A stretch of DNA of 45,449 nucleotides, taken from contig NC_069002.1 of the NCBI RefSeq assembly GCF_001194135.2, positions 12,896,444 through 12,941,892 on the forward strand, given 5' to 3'. The stretch comes from Octopus bimaculoides. Taxonomy: Eukaryota. The position numbers and the translations under genes were made by a program. The number at the start of each line of letters is the position of its first letter. The stretch's first letter is position 1. The notes under the pieces were generated by a model, which did not search any database, had not been told where the DNA came from, and saw only the letters and a program-made list of their open reading frames with translations. This document shows positions 13,860 through 26,253 of the stretch, piece by piece.

Positions 13860-14240
13860 TCATTTAATGTCCATCTTCCATGCTGGCATGGGTTGGACGG
13901 TTTGACAGGAGCTGGCCAGGTAGATGGCTACCCCAGACTACTGTATCTGTTTTGGCAGGGTTTTTACAGCTGGATGCCCTTCCTAATGCCAACCACTCCA
14001 CAAAGTGGACTGAGTGCTTTTTACGTGGTACCAGCACAGGCAAGGTCAGTTTTGGCATGGTTTTTACAGCTGGATGCCCTTTCAAATGTCAATCACTTCA
14101 CAGTGTGGACTGGATGCTTTTTATGTGGCACTAGCACTGGTAGGGTCACCAAGTAACTTGCAAGACAAGGAATTTTGAAAGGGAAGGGGGTATTGGAGGA
14201 GGAGATCTTGTCTCAGGTGATGAAGGGTTAGAGTGTGACA
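13860..14240 (-). mobile_element. Family E (longer, older subtype)
   Basis: Same tail motifs; related copy at 18160-18460. Confidence 0.75.
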
Positions 14241-14502
14241 GAGACACAGAGAGGCATGCATACATACATACATGCATGCATACATGCATACATACATACA
14301 CTAATGTTTGTGTTTATGCTGAGTTATAATAAAAACAATCTTACATAAATTGAAGATCTACTCAATACTTTTTTGTTGAGCACATATTCATGATACTTTT
14401 ACAAGAGGATGAGTAAGCATAACTTTGAAGTTTTGGCCAGCTAATCTTCAAAGCAAGCAGGCAGAAACTTTGAAGTCACAATCATCATTCTTCTTTTAAA
14501 AG

Positions 14503-14538
<36 letters not shown>

Positions 14539-15579
14539 TACACATACATACACACATGATCAGCTGTGGATTTTAGTTTAAAAATGAAGCACTAAACTAT
14601 GCTAAAATAGTGAAGCATGTGGTGTTGGTGGTGAGGGAGCATATATTATAGTTGTACTAACAAACAATGTTCATGACTCTGAGTTTCATGCAAGGTTGAT
14701 TGCTCTACACTCATCAGACATGAATGTTTTGGATTTAAGTTGTGGCACAGCAAAAGATGACTGTTGTGGAAGTCCTACATGTAAAGCTTTTTGGGAAAGT
14801 ATATTAGAAATTATTGTTTATAAAGGAAAAAAAAAAAAGAAGTCATTATTAAAAATTAACAGCATTGAGGTAGTAATCCATTGTTGAGGGTAACTGAATT
14901 ATTTCCCTTGGTTTGGACATCAAGTTTAGAGAATTAAAAACTTGACGAGAATAGAAAATTATAACTGTACATATAGAGAGAAGGGGAGAGCTGGAAGTAG
15001 TTGGAGAGAAAGAAGAGGAAGAGAGAGAAGGAAGAAAGAGAGAGGAAGAAGAGAGAGAGATGAAGAAAATAATAAATAAATGGAAGACAAGGATTTAATA
15101 GATGAATGGATGGACAGAGTCAACTACAAGAAGTGCCTGGGGATGGCAGTATTTATGTTGACTATCAAACGACAGAGAATGTACTTCCTGTTGAGTAGCT
15201 AACTCTGATTTGGCATTTAGATACATCCCATGTGTGAGGTAGCTCTTAAATATACATCTCCTGCTTACATGAGCAGAAATACATCCTTAGATACTGGTCT
15301 AAACTACCATAAGGGAGTCAACCCTGATGTTCCCAACTGCTTCTCATAGTGAACCTTTCATACACCCATTCCACCATTAAATATTTTAGTCCTCTATTAA
15401 TTTATTACTTCCTTCCTACACCTTTCTCTCTCTCTTTACCTCCTTCTACACCAACAGCTATAATTTTCTATCCTTGTGTCCGTTCTGCTTTCTGAATTTA
15501 TTTCCAAATCAACTGCCCATCCAGTAAGAGAAATAACTCTTCAATCTTTGATCATGAGTTGCCACCCTTTTAGTTGTTG

Positions 15580-15730
15580 TTGTTGTCACTCCATCGCTTA
15601 CGACGTCAAGGGTTCCAGTTGATCCGATCAACGGAACAGCCTGCTCATGAAATTAACGTGCAAGTGGCTGAGCACTCCACAGACACGTGTACCCTTAACG
15701 TAGTCCTCGGGGATATTCAGTGTGACACAG
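15580..15730 (-). mobile_element. SINE family B 3' part
   Basis: Matches 30366-30520; abuts the mariner relic. Confidence 0.8.
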
Positions 15731-15734
15731 TGAA

Positions 15735-16332
15735 TGACACAGAATGATTTGAGTGGCATGGGTACTTCAAAAGTGAAAGAATGTCCCTGGAAGATGATGA
15801 GTGATCTGGAAGACCTGCCACAAGCATCACCCCCCCAGAAATGTGGTGTTGTGCATCAAGAATTCGTTCCCCAGAGCCAGATCATCAACTGAGAGTTCTA
15901 CTGTGACGTTTTGAAGCATTTGAGAGAAGACGTTCGGTGAAAGGAACTGGATCTGTGGAGTGCAAAGAACTGGATTCTTCACCAAGCTCTCTTCACTCAT
16001 GAGTTTCTTGCCAAAAGCAACATGGTGTCACTTCCACACCTGCCCTATTCACCAGATTTAGCACCTGTGAACTTCCATCTCTTCCTCAAGATGAAAATGC
16101 AGCTCAAAGGTTGCTGTTTTACCATTGTTGTTGAGATCCAGAGTGAATTGCAGAAGGTCCTTGACTCACTTATGGAAAACGACTCCTAGGCTGGATTCCA
16201 AAAGAGGCAGGAAAGCTGGGACTGGTGTATTACTGTGCAAGGTGACTATTTTGAAGGAGATAATCTTAAAACTTAGGTAAATCAGTTATTTTTTATTAAA
16301 CATAACTAGTCCAGAAACCTTTTGATACCACC
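15735..16332 (+). mobile_element. Internally deleted mariner relic
   Basis: Fragments FEWH..SLEDDE*SGRP, VVHQEFVPQSQIIN and PHLPYSPDLAP.NFHLF, plus a right TIR-like CCAGAAACCTTTTGATACCACC. Confidence 0.85.
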
Positions 16333-16453
16333 GGCTGTGTGGTAAGTAGCTTGCTTACCAACTACATGGTTCCGGGTTCAGTCCCACTGTGTGGAACCTT
16401 GGGCGAGTGTCTTCTGCTATAGCCTCGGGCCGACCAAAGCCTTGTGAGTGGAT
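16333..16453 (+). mobile_element. SINE family A head, cut by gap
   Basis: Near-identical to 38-165. Confidence 0.85.
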
Positions 16454-17140
16454 NNNNNNNNNNNNNNNNNNNNNNNNNNNNNNNNNNNNNNNNNNNNNNN
16501 NNNNNNNNNNNNNNNNNNNNNNNNNNNNNNNNNNNNNNNNNNNNNNNNNNNNNNNNNNNNNNNNNNNNNNNNNNNNNNNNNNNNNNNNNNNNNNNNNNNN
16601 NNNNNNNNNNNNNNNNNNNNNNNNNNNNNNNNNNNNNNNNNNNNNNNNNNNNNNNNNNNNNNNNNNNNNNNNNNNNNNNNNNNNNNNNNNNNNNNNNNNN
16701 NNNNNNNNNNNNNNNNNNNNNNNNNNNNNNNNNNNNNNNNNNNNNNNNNNNNNNNNNNNNNNNNNNNNNNNNNNNNNNNNNNNNNNNNNNNNNNNNNNNN
16801 NNNNNNNNNNNNNNNNNNNNNNNNNNNNNNNNNNNNNNNNNNNNNNNNNNNNNNNNNNNNNNNNNNNNNNNNNNNNNNNNNNNNNNNNNNNNNNNNNNNN
16901 NNNNNNNNNNNNNNNNNNNNNNNNNNNNNNNNNNNNNNNNNNNNNNNNNNNNNNNNNNNNNNNNNNNNNNNNNNNNNNNNNNNNNNNNNNNNNNNNNNNN
17001 NNNNNNNNNNNNNNNNNNNNNNNNNNNNNNNNNNNNNNNNNNNNNNNNNNNNNNNNNNNNNNNNNNNNNNNNNNNNNNNNNNNNNNNNNNNNNNNNNNNN
17101 NNNNNNNNNNNNNNNNNNNNNNNNNNNNNNNNNNNNNNNN
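16454..17140. other. Assembly gap probably hiding one LPGAT1 coding exon
   Basis: The flanking exon phases (2 and 1) are incompatible, and the conserved AKKxxLP..VTLPR segment is not found in the sequenced part of this intron. Confidence 0.6.
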
Positions 17141-17470
17141 GAACAGCCTGCTTGTGAAATTAACGTGCAAGTGGCTGAGCACTCTACAGACACGTGTACC
17201 CTTAACGGAGTTCTCGGGGGATATTCAGCGTGACACAGTGTGACAAGGCTGACCCTTTGAATTACAGGCACAACAGAAACAGGAAGCAAGACTGAGAGAA
17301 AGTTGTGGTGGAAGAGTACAGCAGGGTTCGCCACCATCCTCTGCCGGAGCCTCACGGAACTTTAGGTGTTTTTCGCTCAATAAACACTCACAACGCCCGG
17401 TCTGGGAATCGAAACCGCGATCCTGTGACTGCGAGTCCGCTGCCCTAACCACTGGGCCATTGCACCTCCA
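17141..17470 (-). mobile_element. SINE family B
   Basis: High identity to 30419-30750. Confidence 0.85.
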
Positions 17471-17640
17471 CTTTCAACAGAATAATCCGAATGCTAAAGG
17501 ATTAAAGACAATATGATCACAGCCTGAATGTTGTAAATCATAGGTCTGGTCAATCAGGATTGACCTTTGATTAAACACCTTCGTCTCCTCTTTTTCTTAG
17601 AGCTGGAGCTACACAAGAACAAAGATTTCATATGACTTAC

Positions 17641-17777
17641 CTTTGACTTGCAAGTTTTCTCTTGCGTAGAAAACCTCCTTCGGGAAACAAAACGAGCCAT
17701 TTCCGAGGTATCGTATGGAAGGTGCTCCTTAAGTGGGAACGCAACTGTTGTAGGGTGCTGTCACGAGCATCTTTTCC
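17641..17777 (-). CDS. LPGAT1: LPGAT1-like exon (GKDARD...[21 protein letters not shown])
   Basis: CTTTCTCCAG acceptor and AAAG|GTAAGT donor. 137 nt, phase 0 to 2. Contains the FPEGG acyltransferase motif. Confidence 0.95.
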
Positions 17778-18627
17778 CTGGAGAAAGTTGGATGACAACA
17801 GAAAATAGAAAATCGAACAGTCATTTAGAAATTCAAGTGCAAGGAAATCAATCATAATTCACATTTTCAGTCAAAACTCCAGATCAGAAGATAGGGCTTG
17901 TTTGTGTTTCAGGAACCAAGTTACTTTTATCTTTCTATGAAATTTCTTCTAAAATATTCTACAAGAATTCTCTTTAAAATTTCCCACTAAAATTCTAAAA
18001 TTTCTTTTAGAAAATTTTCACAAAACATCTTATCTAAATATTAATAAGATTTTACAAAAATCCCACAAAAAGTCTGCTCCAAAAGCTCTACTGAAAATTT
18101 TCCACAAAAACTTACAAAATTCTTTGTATGAAAACTGTAGAAGAATTCCATTAGTCATCACTGTTTAAAATCAGTTTTCCATATGTCATGGGCTGAATGG
18201 TTTGACAGGAGCCAAAAATCTTGAGGACTGTGCCAAACTCTATCTCTGCTTTGGTATGATTTCTATGGCTTGATGCCCTTCCTAATGCTAACCACTTCAT
18301 AGAATGTACTGAGTACAAATGAAGTCACCAAGTAACTCATAAGATCCCTCAACTGAAGGTGGGTGCAGTATTGAGAGAGGTGACTTTGTGCCAGATGATA
18401 AGAGGTTAAAGTATGATACAGGGACAAAAACAGATACCTTGTTGTAGAGAAGATACATGGCTACCTCAGTTGGAAAAGGATCATGAATGGTAAAGAGGTG
18501 TGAGTGTGTACCCTCAAGTTAGAGGAAAAAGAAAAATCTAAAAAATGTCAACAAAAATTCTAAAAGGTTTCTAGTAAATTTTTTAAAGAAACTATAAAAC
18601 ATTTTCAACTAAAAAAATTGAACAAAC

Positions 18628-18842
18628 CTGAGTGATAAAAAAATCTCCTCTGAGATTCGAAACAAGTCCAAAGTGAGTATATTTAAAGGTACTGTCTATA
18701 ATCCACATAACTCGCTTGGACAAATTGGCCTTGCTGTGCATCAGGTCCATCAATGCTGGTACGTCGGCAGTGGACTGGTGATTGGCAATGAGGAGCACAT
18801 TCTCATCCAAGATGTAATTGATGTCATCGCCGGTCTCAATAA
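18628..18842 (-). CDS. LPGAT1: LPGAT1-like exon (IETGDDI...NHQSTAD...FKYTHFG..GDFFITQ)
   Basis: CTCAG acceptor and CAG|GTTTGT donor. 215 nt, phase 1 to 0, in frame with both flanking exons. Contains the catalytic HxxxxD motif (NHQSTAD). Confidence 0.95.
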
Positions 18843-18879
18843 CTGAGGTGGATAATAGAAGAGGCAGAACATGGATTTA

Positions 18880-18880
<1 letters not shown>

Positions 18881-18941
<61 letters not shown>

Positions 18942-18966
18942 ATGGCAATAAAATGAATTCAAAAAC

Positions 18967-19050
<84 letters not shown>
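18881..19050. repeat. (AT)n, (TAG)n and (TAA)n microsatellites beside an LPGAT1 exon
   Basis: Direct inspection. Confidence 0.95.
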
Positions 19051-19054
<4 letters not shown>

Positions 19055-19061
19055 GATTTCT

Positions 19062-19200
19062 AAATTTTGGCATAAAACCAGCAATTTTCAAGAGAGGAGG
19101 AAGTCGACGACATTGCCCCCAATATTTAACTGGTATTATCAATCCTGAAAGGATGAAAGGCAGAGTAGACCTTGGTGAGACTTGAACTCAGCACATAAAG
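19062..19200 (-). mobile_element. SINE family D
   Basis: Family motifs on the minus strand, adjacent to (AAT)n. Confidence 0.7.
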
Positions 19201-19820
19201 AGGTGGAACTGCAAGGGTCAACAGTCATAAACCCCTCTTTCACTAAATAAATCAGAGTAAAACCACAAAGTCATCAAGGGAGTTTCTGAGTGGTTCTCTT
19301 CTGACCTTACAATGGCACAAGAGGCTACAAAATGAGACTTGTTCAACATTCATAGATTAAAAGCATTCTAGCCATGACCACCTTGGCTTTCATTCAGACA
19401 AACTATTCCTGACATACCATCATTCAATGTATCTCTTAGAAAATAGATTGTAGGGTGTGATTTGAAAGAGATTTAGCTGCTATTTCAAGCAGGTTGATAA
19501 ACCACATAGAGGTTCCATCATATCATTTGTCATTAGATGGCAACTATGTTTGTCACAATGTGGTGCATAGAATAGAAAGAATACATTTTAAGCGATCCCA
19601 TTGTCTGTTAGAGGATGGTACAGGTTTGTTCCCCGTGCTAGTAATATATATTGTATATAAAGGGTGCAATGTTGCACCAATAACCAGCTGGAAGATGATC
19701 TACCTGGGGTTCAACTAGTTATAACATGGAACAGTCATTTTGACATGGTGATTGACTTTACTTGATAGTATAGTAACTACCCTGATCTCTTCTTGAGATT
19801 TTACAACTAGCTATTTTCCT

Positions 19821-21030
19821 TATATTGGGTCATCCCATAAATAATGTGTTTCTTTTTATACTTCTTTTATTTTTCGAAATTAAGATAAACAAAGTTCTTT
19901 TTTAATCTAAAATATACTCTCCTTCATTTTCTATAATGCTCTTCCATCTATCTGATAGACTTGCAAGGCTCCTCTTCCAAAATTCACTTCTCCGTGACGA
20001 AAAATACTCCTCCAGTACTGTTCTGACCTTGTCTACAGAATTCATATTTTTTCTGTCCAAATGATTTTGAAGACTGCTGAATAAATGATGAGGCAATGTC
20101 CTGCGAATATGGTGGGCGGAGCATCAATTCTCATTCAAACTGCTCCAGCCTTTTGAATATCATCCTCGCTGTATGTGGCCGAGCATTATCCTGATTGAAG
20201 AACACCTTTCGTCTTGAAACCAAAGATGGTCGTTTTTATTCTAGCGTTGACTTAAGTTGCTCACGCTAGATCACCTTTGTTATCATTTGGTTTGGGCTTA
20301 AAAGTTCAGAAGACCTTCTTTAGCCTGGGGTGTCGGTGTTTCTCCTTTCTCTACCCACTGTCTTCGGTGCTCGACATTTTTACAGAGAACCCATTTTTCA
20401 TCACCAGTCACTATTTGGTAAAAAAAAACAGTTCATTCGTGAAACGTGACAGCAAAGAAGAGTACACATTCACTCTCTGTGTGCAATTAGACTCGGAAAG
20501 TTTGTGAAGAACTCATTGACTCATTTGCTGGCTTTTCCGATGGCATGCAGGTGTCAATGAATGGTTGAATGACCAAATCTAAACTTCTCTGCTAGTTCCT
20601 CAACAGTTACAATTGGATTTTGTTCCACCAGGGTTTGCAGGACATCCTCATTGAGTTCTACAGACTTCCCAGGATGAGGCTCGTATTCTAGGTTGTAGTT
20701 TCTGGAACCACCATTGACACTGGCTTATGCTTATTGTTCAATCCCCATATACTGCATTAATATTCCTTGCATTTTCCATTACGTTGTTGCCTTTATTGAA
20801 CCCATAATGAAAAATATGCTGAATATGTTCCTTTGTCACTAACATTATAACTTTGAAAAAATACCTTAAAATTGAACTGCATTCTTCAAAACCTCCATTA
20901 AGAATAAGGGCAAGGTAAAATTACTACCTGCTTTAATAGCAAGTTGATGCAAGTGGTTTATCCTGTCCCCCTCCGACTTTTAGTTCATGCAATTATAAAA
21001 AACGCATTATTTAAGGGATAACCCAATATA
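19821..21030 (-). mobile_element. Near full-length defective mariner transposon
   Basis: TIR pair TATATTGGGT(C/T)ATCCC(A/T)TAAATAATG(T/C)GTT at both ends. Relic transposase motifs IVTGDEKW and HLFSSLQNHL...RWKSIIENEGEYILD. Contains stops and an internal deletion. Confidence 0.9.
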
Positions 21031-21039
21031 ATAATCCTT

Positions 21040-21250
21040 TTTACTAAAAGCACAAGGCCTGAAATTTTGGGGGAGGGGAATAGTTGATGACATTGACCCC
21101 AGTGTTTCATTGATACTTAGTTTATTGACCCTGAAATGATGAAAGGCAACGTCGACCTCGGCAGATTTTGAACTCAGAATGTTCAGATGGCTGAAATACC
21201 ACTAAGCATTTTGTCAGATATGCTAATGATTCTGCCAGCTCACTGCTTTT
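21040..21250 (-). mobile_element. SINE family D
   Basis: Family motifs on the minus strand. Confidence 0.7.
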
Positions 21251-21269
21251 TAAGGTATATAATAATAAA

Positions 21270-22040
21270 ATGAAGAAAGTACTGTACTTTAATGTATATA
21301 ATAATACAATGAAGAAAGTATTGTACTTTAATTCTTTTATATGTTTCAGCCCTGAGGCTGTAGCCAAGCTGGAGCACCACTATTGATAATACAGATAATG
21401 CAATGATAATACAATGAAGAAAGTACTGTACTTTGATGTATACAATAATACAATGTAAGAAGTACTCACTAATTATATAACACAAAATAAGGAGTATGGC
21501 ATTTAACCCTTTAGCATTTAAACCAGCCATAATTGGCCCAAATATTCTACCTGTTTTATGCTCAATATGGCCAGATCTAGCCTATCCCACCTGGCTGACA
21601 ATGTCATTCTAAATATAAACAATCACATCATCGAAATATTGAAGCTATGAGATAATGCAAGATTAATTCAAAACAATGTAAATAAATAAATATTACATTT
21701 GACAGAGAAATATGAATGCTAATGGTCAAGGTGAATCTAAATACCACGTAAAAAGTACAAATGTTTAAAGCATATATTCAATGCAAAGAGTACTACACTC
21801 TAAGGTGTATAACAATACAAGTATGACTCTTTAATGTATATATGACTACCATATTTTAAGGTATATAGTACAATATCAGGAGTGTTACAGTTTATGTAAA
21901 TGAGTATTACAGTTGAAGGTTTATATTAATCCAATATAAGGAGTATTTATTACAATGAGTATTACATTTTAAGTATATCAGTAATACACTTTAAAGTTTA
22001 TATTAATACAATATGAGCAATACTACTACAGTTTAAGGTG
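21270..22040. repeat. Decayed minisatellite of about 35-40 bp, split by a MITE
   Basis: AATGAAGAAAGTACTGTACTTTAATGTATA units at 21270-21470 and more diverged GAGTA(C/T)TACA..TTAAGG units at 21785-22040. Confidence 0.6.
21503..21729. mobile_element. TTAA-CCCTTTAGCATT MITE (piggyBac-like)
   Basis: TTAACCCTTTAGCATT left end with a degenerate GAATGCTAATGGTCAA right end; related copy at 39006-40040. Confidence 0.55.
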
Positions 22041-22361
22041 TCTAACTTATGACATCACCATGTCTAAATCCAGTGCTGACCTCAGTACTTTACTGGGGTG
22101 TATTTCATCTGCCCCTGGAAGAATGACAGGCAAAGTCCAACATCTGAATTTGAACTCAGAAAGTGAAAGGGCCTAACTATATGCAATATCACAAAGCATG
22201 TTGTCTGATGCTCCACCGATTTTGCTATCCACTGAGTTTCTTAGTAGTAATATCATTCACTGCTTACCTTACACCATAGGCACCACAATGGGACCACAGA
22301 TACGTAGCAAAGAGGAAATAAGATTGGCAGACATTCATAACATTTTCTCAAGAACAACAGC

Positions 22362-22405
<44 letters not shown>

Positions 22406-23534
22406 AGATTTAATAATCATAAAGATTTAATAATTATAAAGCAAGAACAGCATGCTTTGGTGTTTCAAATGGATAAAGTCAGAAAAATTTATTTGGTGAC
22501 AATATAAAATTATAAAATACAGAAGTATTTCAATTTGATAGAGAGAACAGAAAAATCTACAAAAGGTGTTTAAAATTATATATATATGTGTGCATTTATA
22601 TATCTTAGCATGCATGTAAATGCAAAGGTATAAGAATACGAATGTGAGTTGGCCTATCTGTATGTGTGTGCACGTGCACGCACACAAAAGCACATACACA
22701 TATAGAAATGATTTACAGATTGGCCATTGCGGTTACAAATAGTTTCTGACAATGGAATCATTTTAAGAAACAACATCTTCCTTTACAGAAGCAGATTTTC
22801 AACATATCATTTAAAAAATGTTTTCAGAAGGAAGACAGCCTGACGAAAGGCTTTTAAATCATAATACTATTTGTAACAACAAAAGTCAGACTGTAATTAC
22901 ATTATCTATCTATATATAAATGTTTTTCTACGTATCTTTAAGTGCTTTATATTCAATGACATTATTTACCAAAAATGATCACACAAACACACAAACACAC
23001 ACACACACACACACATACACACGCATTATTTGTTTAAAGAATATGACATGCACAAAAACGAACAAACTCAGACTAGCAACAGAATTAATTCTCAGCTTAT
23101 TCTCATTTGTATCTGCTTTAAGTATGATAGACAGATAGTTATTTTAATCTAATACCTCTTTTGTTGCATATCATGGATTTTTACTTGGCTGAGCGGTTAA
23201 CTGCAACATTAGTGATTATTCAATCACTGTTTTCCTTTATCAGTAAGTGAAGGATTTTATCTTAACTTGTGGTTAGCAGTGAGTATATGGTACTGACAAA
23301 GCCCAATGATGCAGAAATATGCATCTAGCCTGCCCACCACTGCTGCAGGATGACTTTTGTCTGCTACTGAAACAGTTTTGTATTTTTGAATACAGTATGT
23401 CCAAAAATTCCCAGACAAATACTACACTTACTTTGCCTTTTTTTGCTTTGTATCTGTTTCAAGTATGATACACAGATAGCTATTTTAACCTAATTCTGCT
23501 TCACTTGCATATAACAAATATATATATAGTTCCT

Positions 23535-23770
23535 CTGTGTTGTGCTGCAAAGCTCTTTGACAGCCTCTTCCGCTCTTCCTTCAATACTTTGTGTCAGAAT
23601 ATTTCTTGGACAATGACTTATAGTGCATTGTATGTCCAAAACATGACAGCCTTGTGGACCTAATTCTTGATAATAGATATCTTTGGATTTTCAGCTTTCC
23701 TAATACTGCAGCATTTGTTGCCCTCTCTTTCCAGCTTACTCTGTCCAATCTACAGAAGAGTGACACTTAA
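23535..23770 (-). mobile_element. RTE-clade LINE ORF2 C-terminal fragment
   Basis: RVSWKERATNAAVL..L...RLSCFGH resembles the post-RT region of RTE elements. Confidence 0.65.
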
Positions 23771-24164
23771 AAGGCATGAATGGCTAAATCATCATTGTCA
23801 CCATAAGGGTAAACAAGATATTAAAACATGCCAGAGACTTGATTAACTTCATCAAATGACCTGCTAGAAATAACAACCAAATCGTCCTCAAACTCCATTC
23901 TACTGTTTTTAAAAGGAAAGAGAGGAAACAACACATTGGGTAACATAAGTCACAGATAACCCCAGAATGATGGTAAGGTTAAGACTGGAAAACCCCAGAT
24001 CAATCCTGATCATAAGATTGCTTCAACAAGGTTGGCCCAGAGTTAAACAATATATTTTTCAAACCTCTACATGGTCATTCAACCTGCAAGTAATAATAGC
24101 CACATCTCAGATTAGATCTTGACCACCATTGTTGTTGTTGTTGTTGTTATCATCATTATTCAGG

Positions 24165-24391
24165 TGGCAAGCAGGCAGGATTGTTGGCACGTTGAGCAAA
24201 ATGCTTAATAGCATTTGAATTGTCTTTACATTCTGAGTTCAAGTTCTGCTGAGGTTAGCCTTGTCATTCATCCTTGTGGGGTCAATAAAATAGGTACCAG
24301 TCAAATAATGGAGTCAATGATATCGACTTTCCTCTCCACTCAAATACTGCTGGCCTTGTACTAAAATTTGAAACCATTATTATTATTATTA

Positions 24392-24423
<32 letters not shown>

Positions 24424-24605
24424 TACTATTATTACTATTATTTCACCCATCGCTATGTTCTGAGTTCAAATTCCACTGAGGTTGACTTTGCCTTTCATCC
24501 TTTCAGGGTCAATAAATTAGGTACCAGTTTTGCACTGGGGTCAATATAATGTAATCGACTAGTCACCTCCCACCAAATTTCAGGCCTTGTGTCTTTAGTA
24601 GAAAG
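24165..24605 (+). mobile_element. Two tandem SINE family D copies separated by (ATT)n
   Basis: 24165-24380 and 24455-24605. Confidence 0.7.
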
Positions 24606-24625
24606 GATTATTATTATCATTATTA

Positions 24626-24667
<42 letters not shown>

Positions 24668-25209
24668 ACAGCAACAGCACTACTACTACTACTATCGTTG
24701 ATTTTTTTTCAAACTAATCTTTTATATTGAATTACATTATTTCAAATGTAAAAATCCNNNNNNNNNNNNNNNNNNNNNNNNNNNNNNNNNNNNNNNNNNN
24801 NNNNNNNNNNNNNNNNNNNNNNNNNNNNNNNNNNNNNNNNNNNNNNNNNNNNNNNNNNNNNNNNNNNNNNNNNNNNNNNNNNNNNNNNNNNNNNNNNNNN
24901 NNNNNNNNNNNNNNNNNNNNNNNNNNNNNNNNNNNNNNNNNNNNNNNNNNNNNNNNNNNNNNNNNNNNNNNNNNNNNNNNNNNNGGTAAAAAGAAAAGAA
25001 ATTAGTATTGAGAAAATAGAAACAGAGAAAGGGGAAAAAATGGTGTTTGAAATATAATTAAAATGAAAATAATGTGAAAATATTGTTTCTTTGTTCATTC
25101 ATACAGAAATAGAGGAAGGAATAAACTCTAAAAGTTAATGTCTATATGTGTTTATTCCTTTACTTGTTTCAGTCATTTGACTGTGGCCCACACGTACATA
25201 CATACATAC

Positions 25210-25260
<51 letters not shown>

Positions 25261-25367
25261 CCGGAGTAAGCACATAGAATGTGCAACAAGGTGGTGAAAA
25301 AGAGTACTCAAATACCAGAGGTAGAGTAATATGCATTATTTAAAAGCAGCAGAAATATAATAAAAGA

Positions 25368-25405
25368 CTGTTACTCGGAGTTTCACGTTCCCGTTCATCG
25401 GACAG
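25368..25405 (-). ncRNA. Minimal type-I hammerhead ribozyme motif (H1, minus copy)
   Basis: CUGU-CCGAUGA-ACG(GGAA)CGU-GAAA-CUCCGAG-UA-ACAG: stem I, GNRA-capped stem II, near-palindromic stem III, GUA site. Core has U4C. Confidence 0.75.
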
Positions 25406-25429
25406 TTTTGTTAGAAATTTCTAACAAAA

Positions 25430-25467
25430 CTGTCCGATGAATGGGAACGTGAAACTCCGAGTAACAG
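25430..25467 (+). ncRNA. Minimal type-I hammerhead ribozyme motif (H1, plus copy)
   Basis: Mirror copy in the palindrome: CUGU-CCGAUGA-AUG(GGAA)CGU-GAAA-CUCCGAG-UA-ACAG. Confidence 0.72.
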
Positions 25468-25767
25468 TCTTTTGTTATATTTCTGCTGCTTTTAAATAAA
25501 GTATATATATATATATACACACACAGAGAAACAGATTACCTCTCTCTTACATACACACACACACACATACATACATATGTATACATGCACACACAGAAAC
25601 TCTCTTTCCTCATGCACACACTCTGTACAGTGTACAGATAAACAACTCTGGCTACTAAAGTACTCAATGCAAAAGGCAGAGTGAGAGTGAAGCAAATAAA
25701 GAAGAAAGCTGAATAAATTCAGGAATACTGTCCTTGGAACCATCAGTTACATTCACACACACACACA

Positions 25768-25831
<64 letters not shown>

Positions 25832-26253
25832 AAGTGATAAATTACTTAATAGATGTAGAAGAGTTATATTATTGATGCCTGCAAAGTCAAAGACTCACTC
25901 TGTTGCTACTCTGAGTTGTCGCAAACCAATGCATCTCAATGAAATACAGTAAAAAGAAATAAAGCTCAGAGCAGGGATGAAGTGAATCATCATGGATGAA
26001 TATATATACATATATATATATAATAATACAAAGAATATATATACATGTATACACACATATATGTACATACTTACATCTACATGTGTATATATATGCATAT
26101 CAGGGTACAGGACGTTAGAACAATGAACAACAGACAACAGAACGAACACATAGGAAAACGGAAAGCCACTTGGAATATTCCTTCATCAGCTGTCTCTATT
26201 CTAACCTGACGTTTCGAAGATATTATATATATATATATACACACACACACTTT

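Larger units (their letters stand above)
25261..25500 (-). mobile_element. Penelope-like pLTR remnant with inverted arm (H1 element)
   Basis: 82-bp palindrome 25336-25417/25418-25499 (2 mismatches) carrying two hammerheads, with (TA)n on both sides. Confidence 0.6.

Noticed and set aside
14680-14820. Minus-strand open frame TIISNILSQK...LPQQSSF as the missing LPGAT1 exon
   Set aside because: It has no VTLPR-like motif and no convincing acceptor/donor pair of the needed phases.
26170-26225. Minus-strand GAAACGUC ... CUGAUGA hammerhead parts
   Set aside because: The halves are in permuted order and stem I cannot pair, so no valid hammerhead topology forms. It may be a Penelope-end relic.
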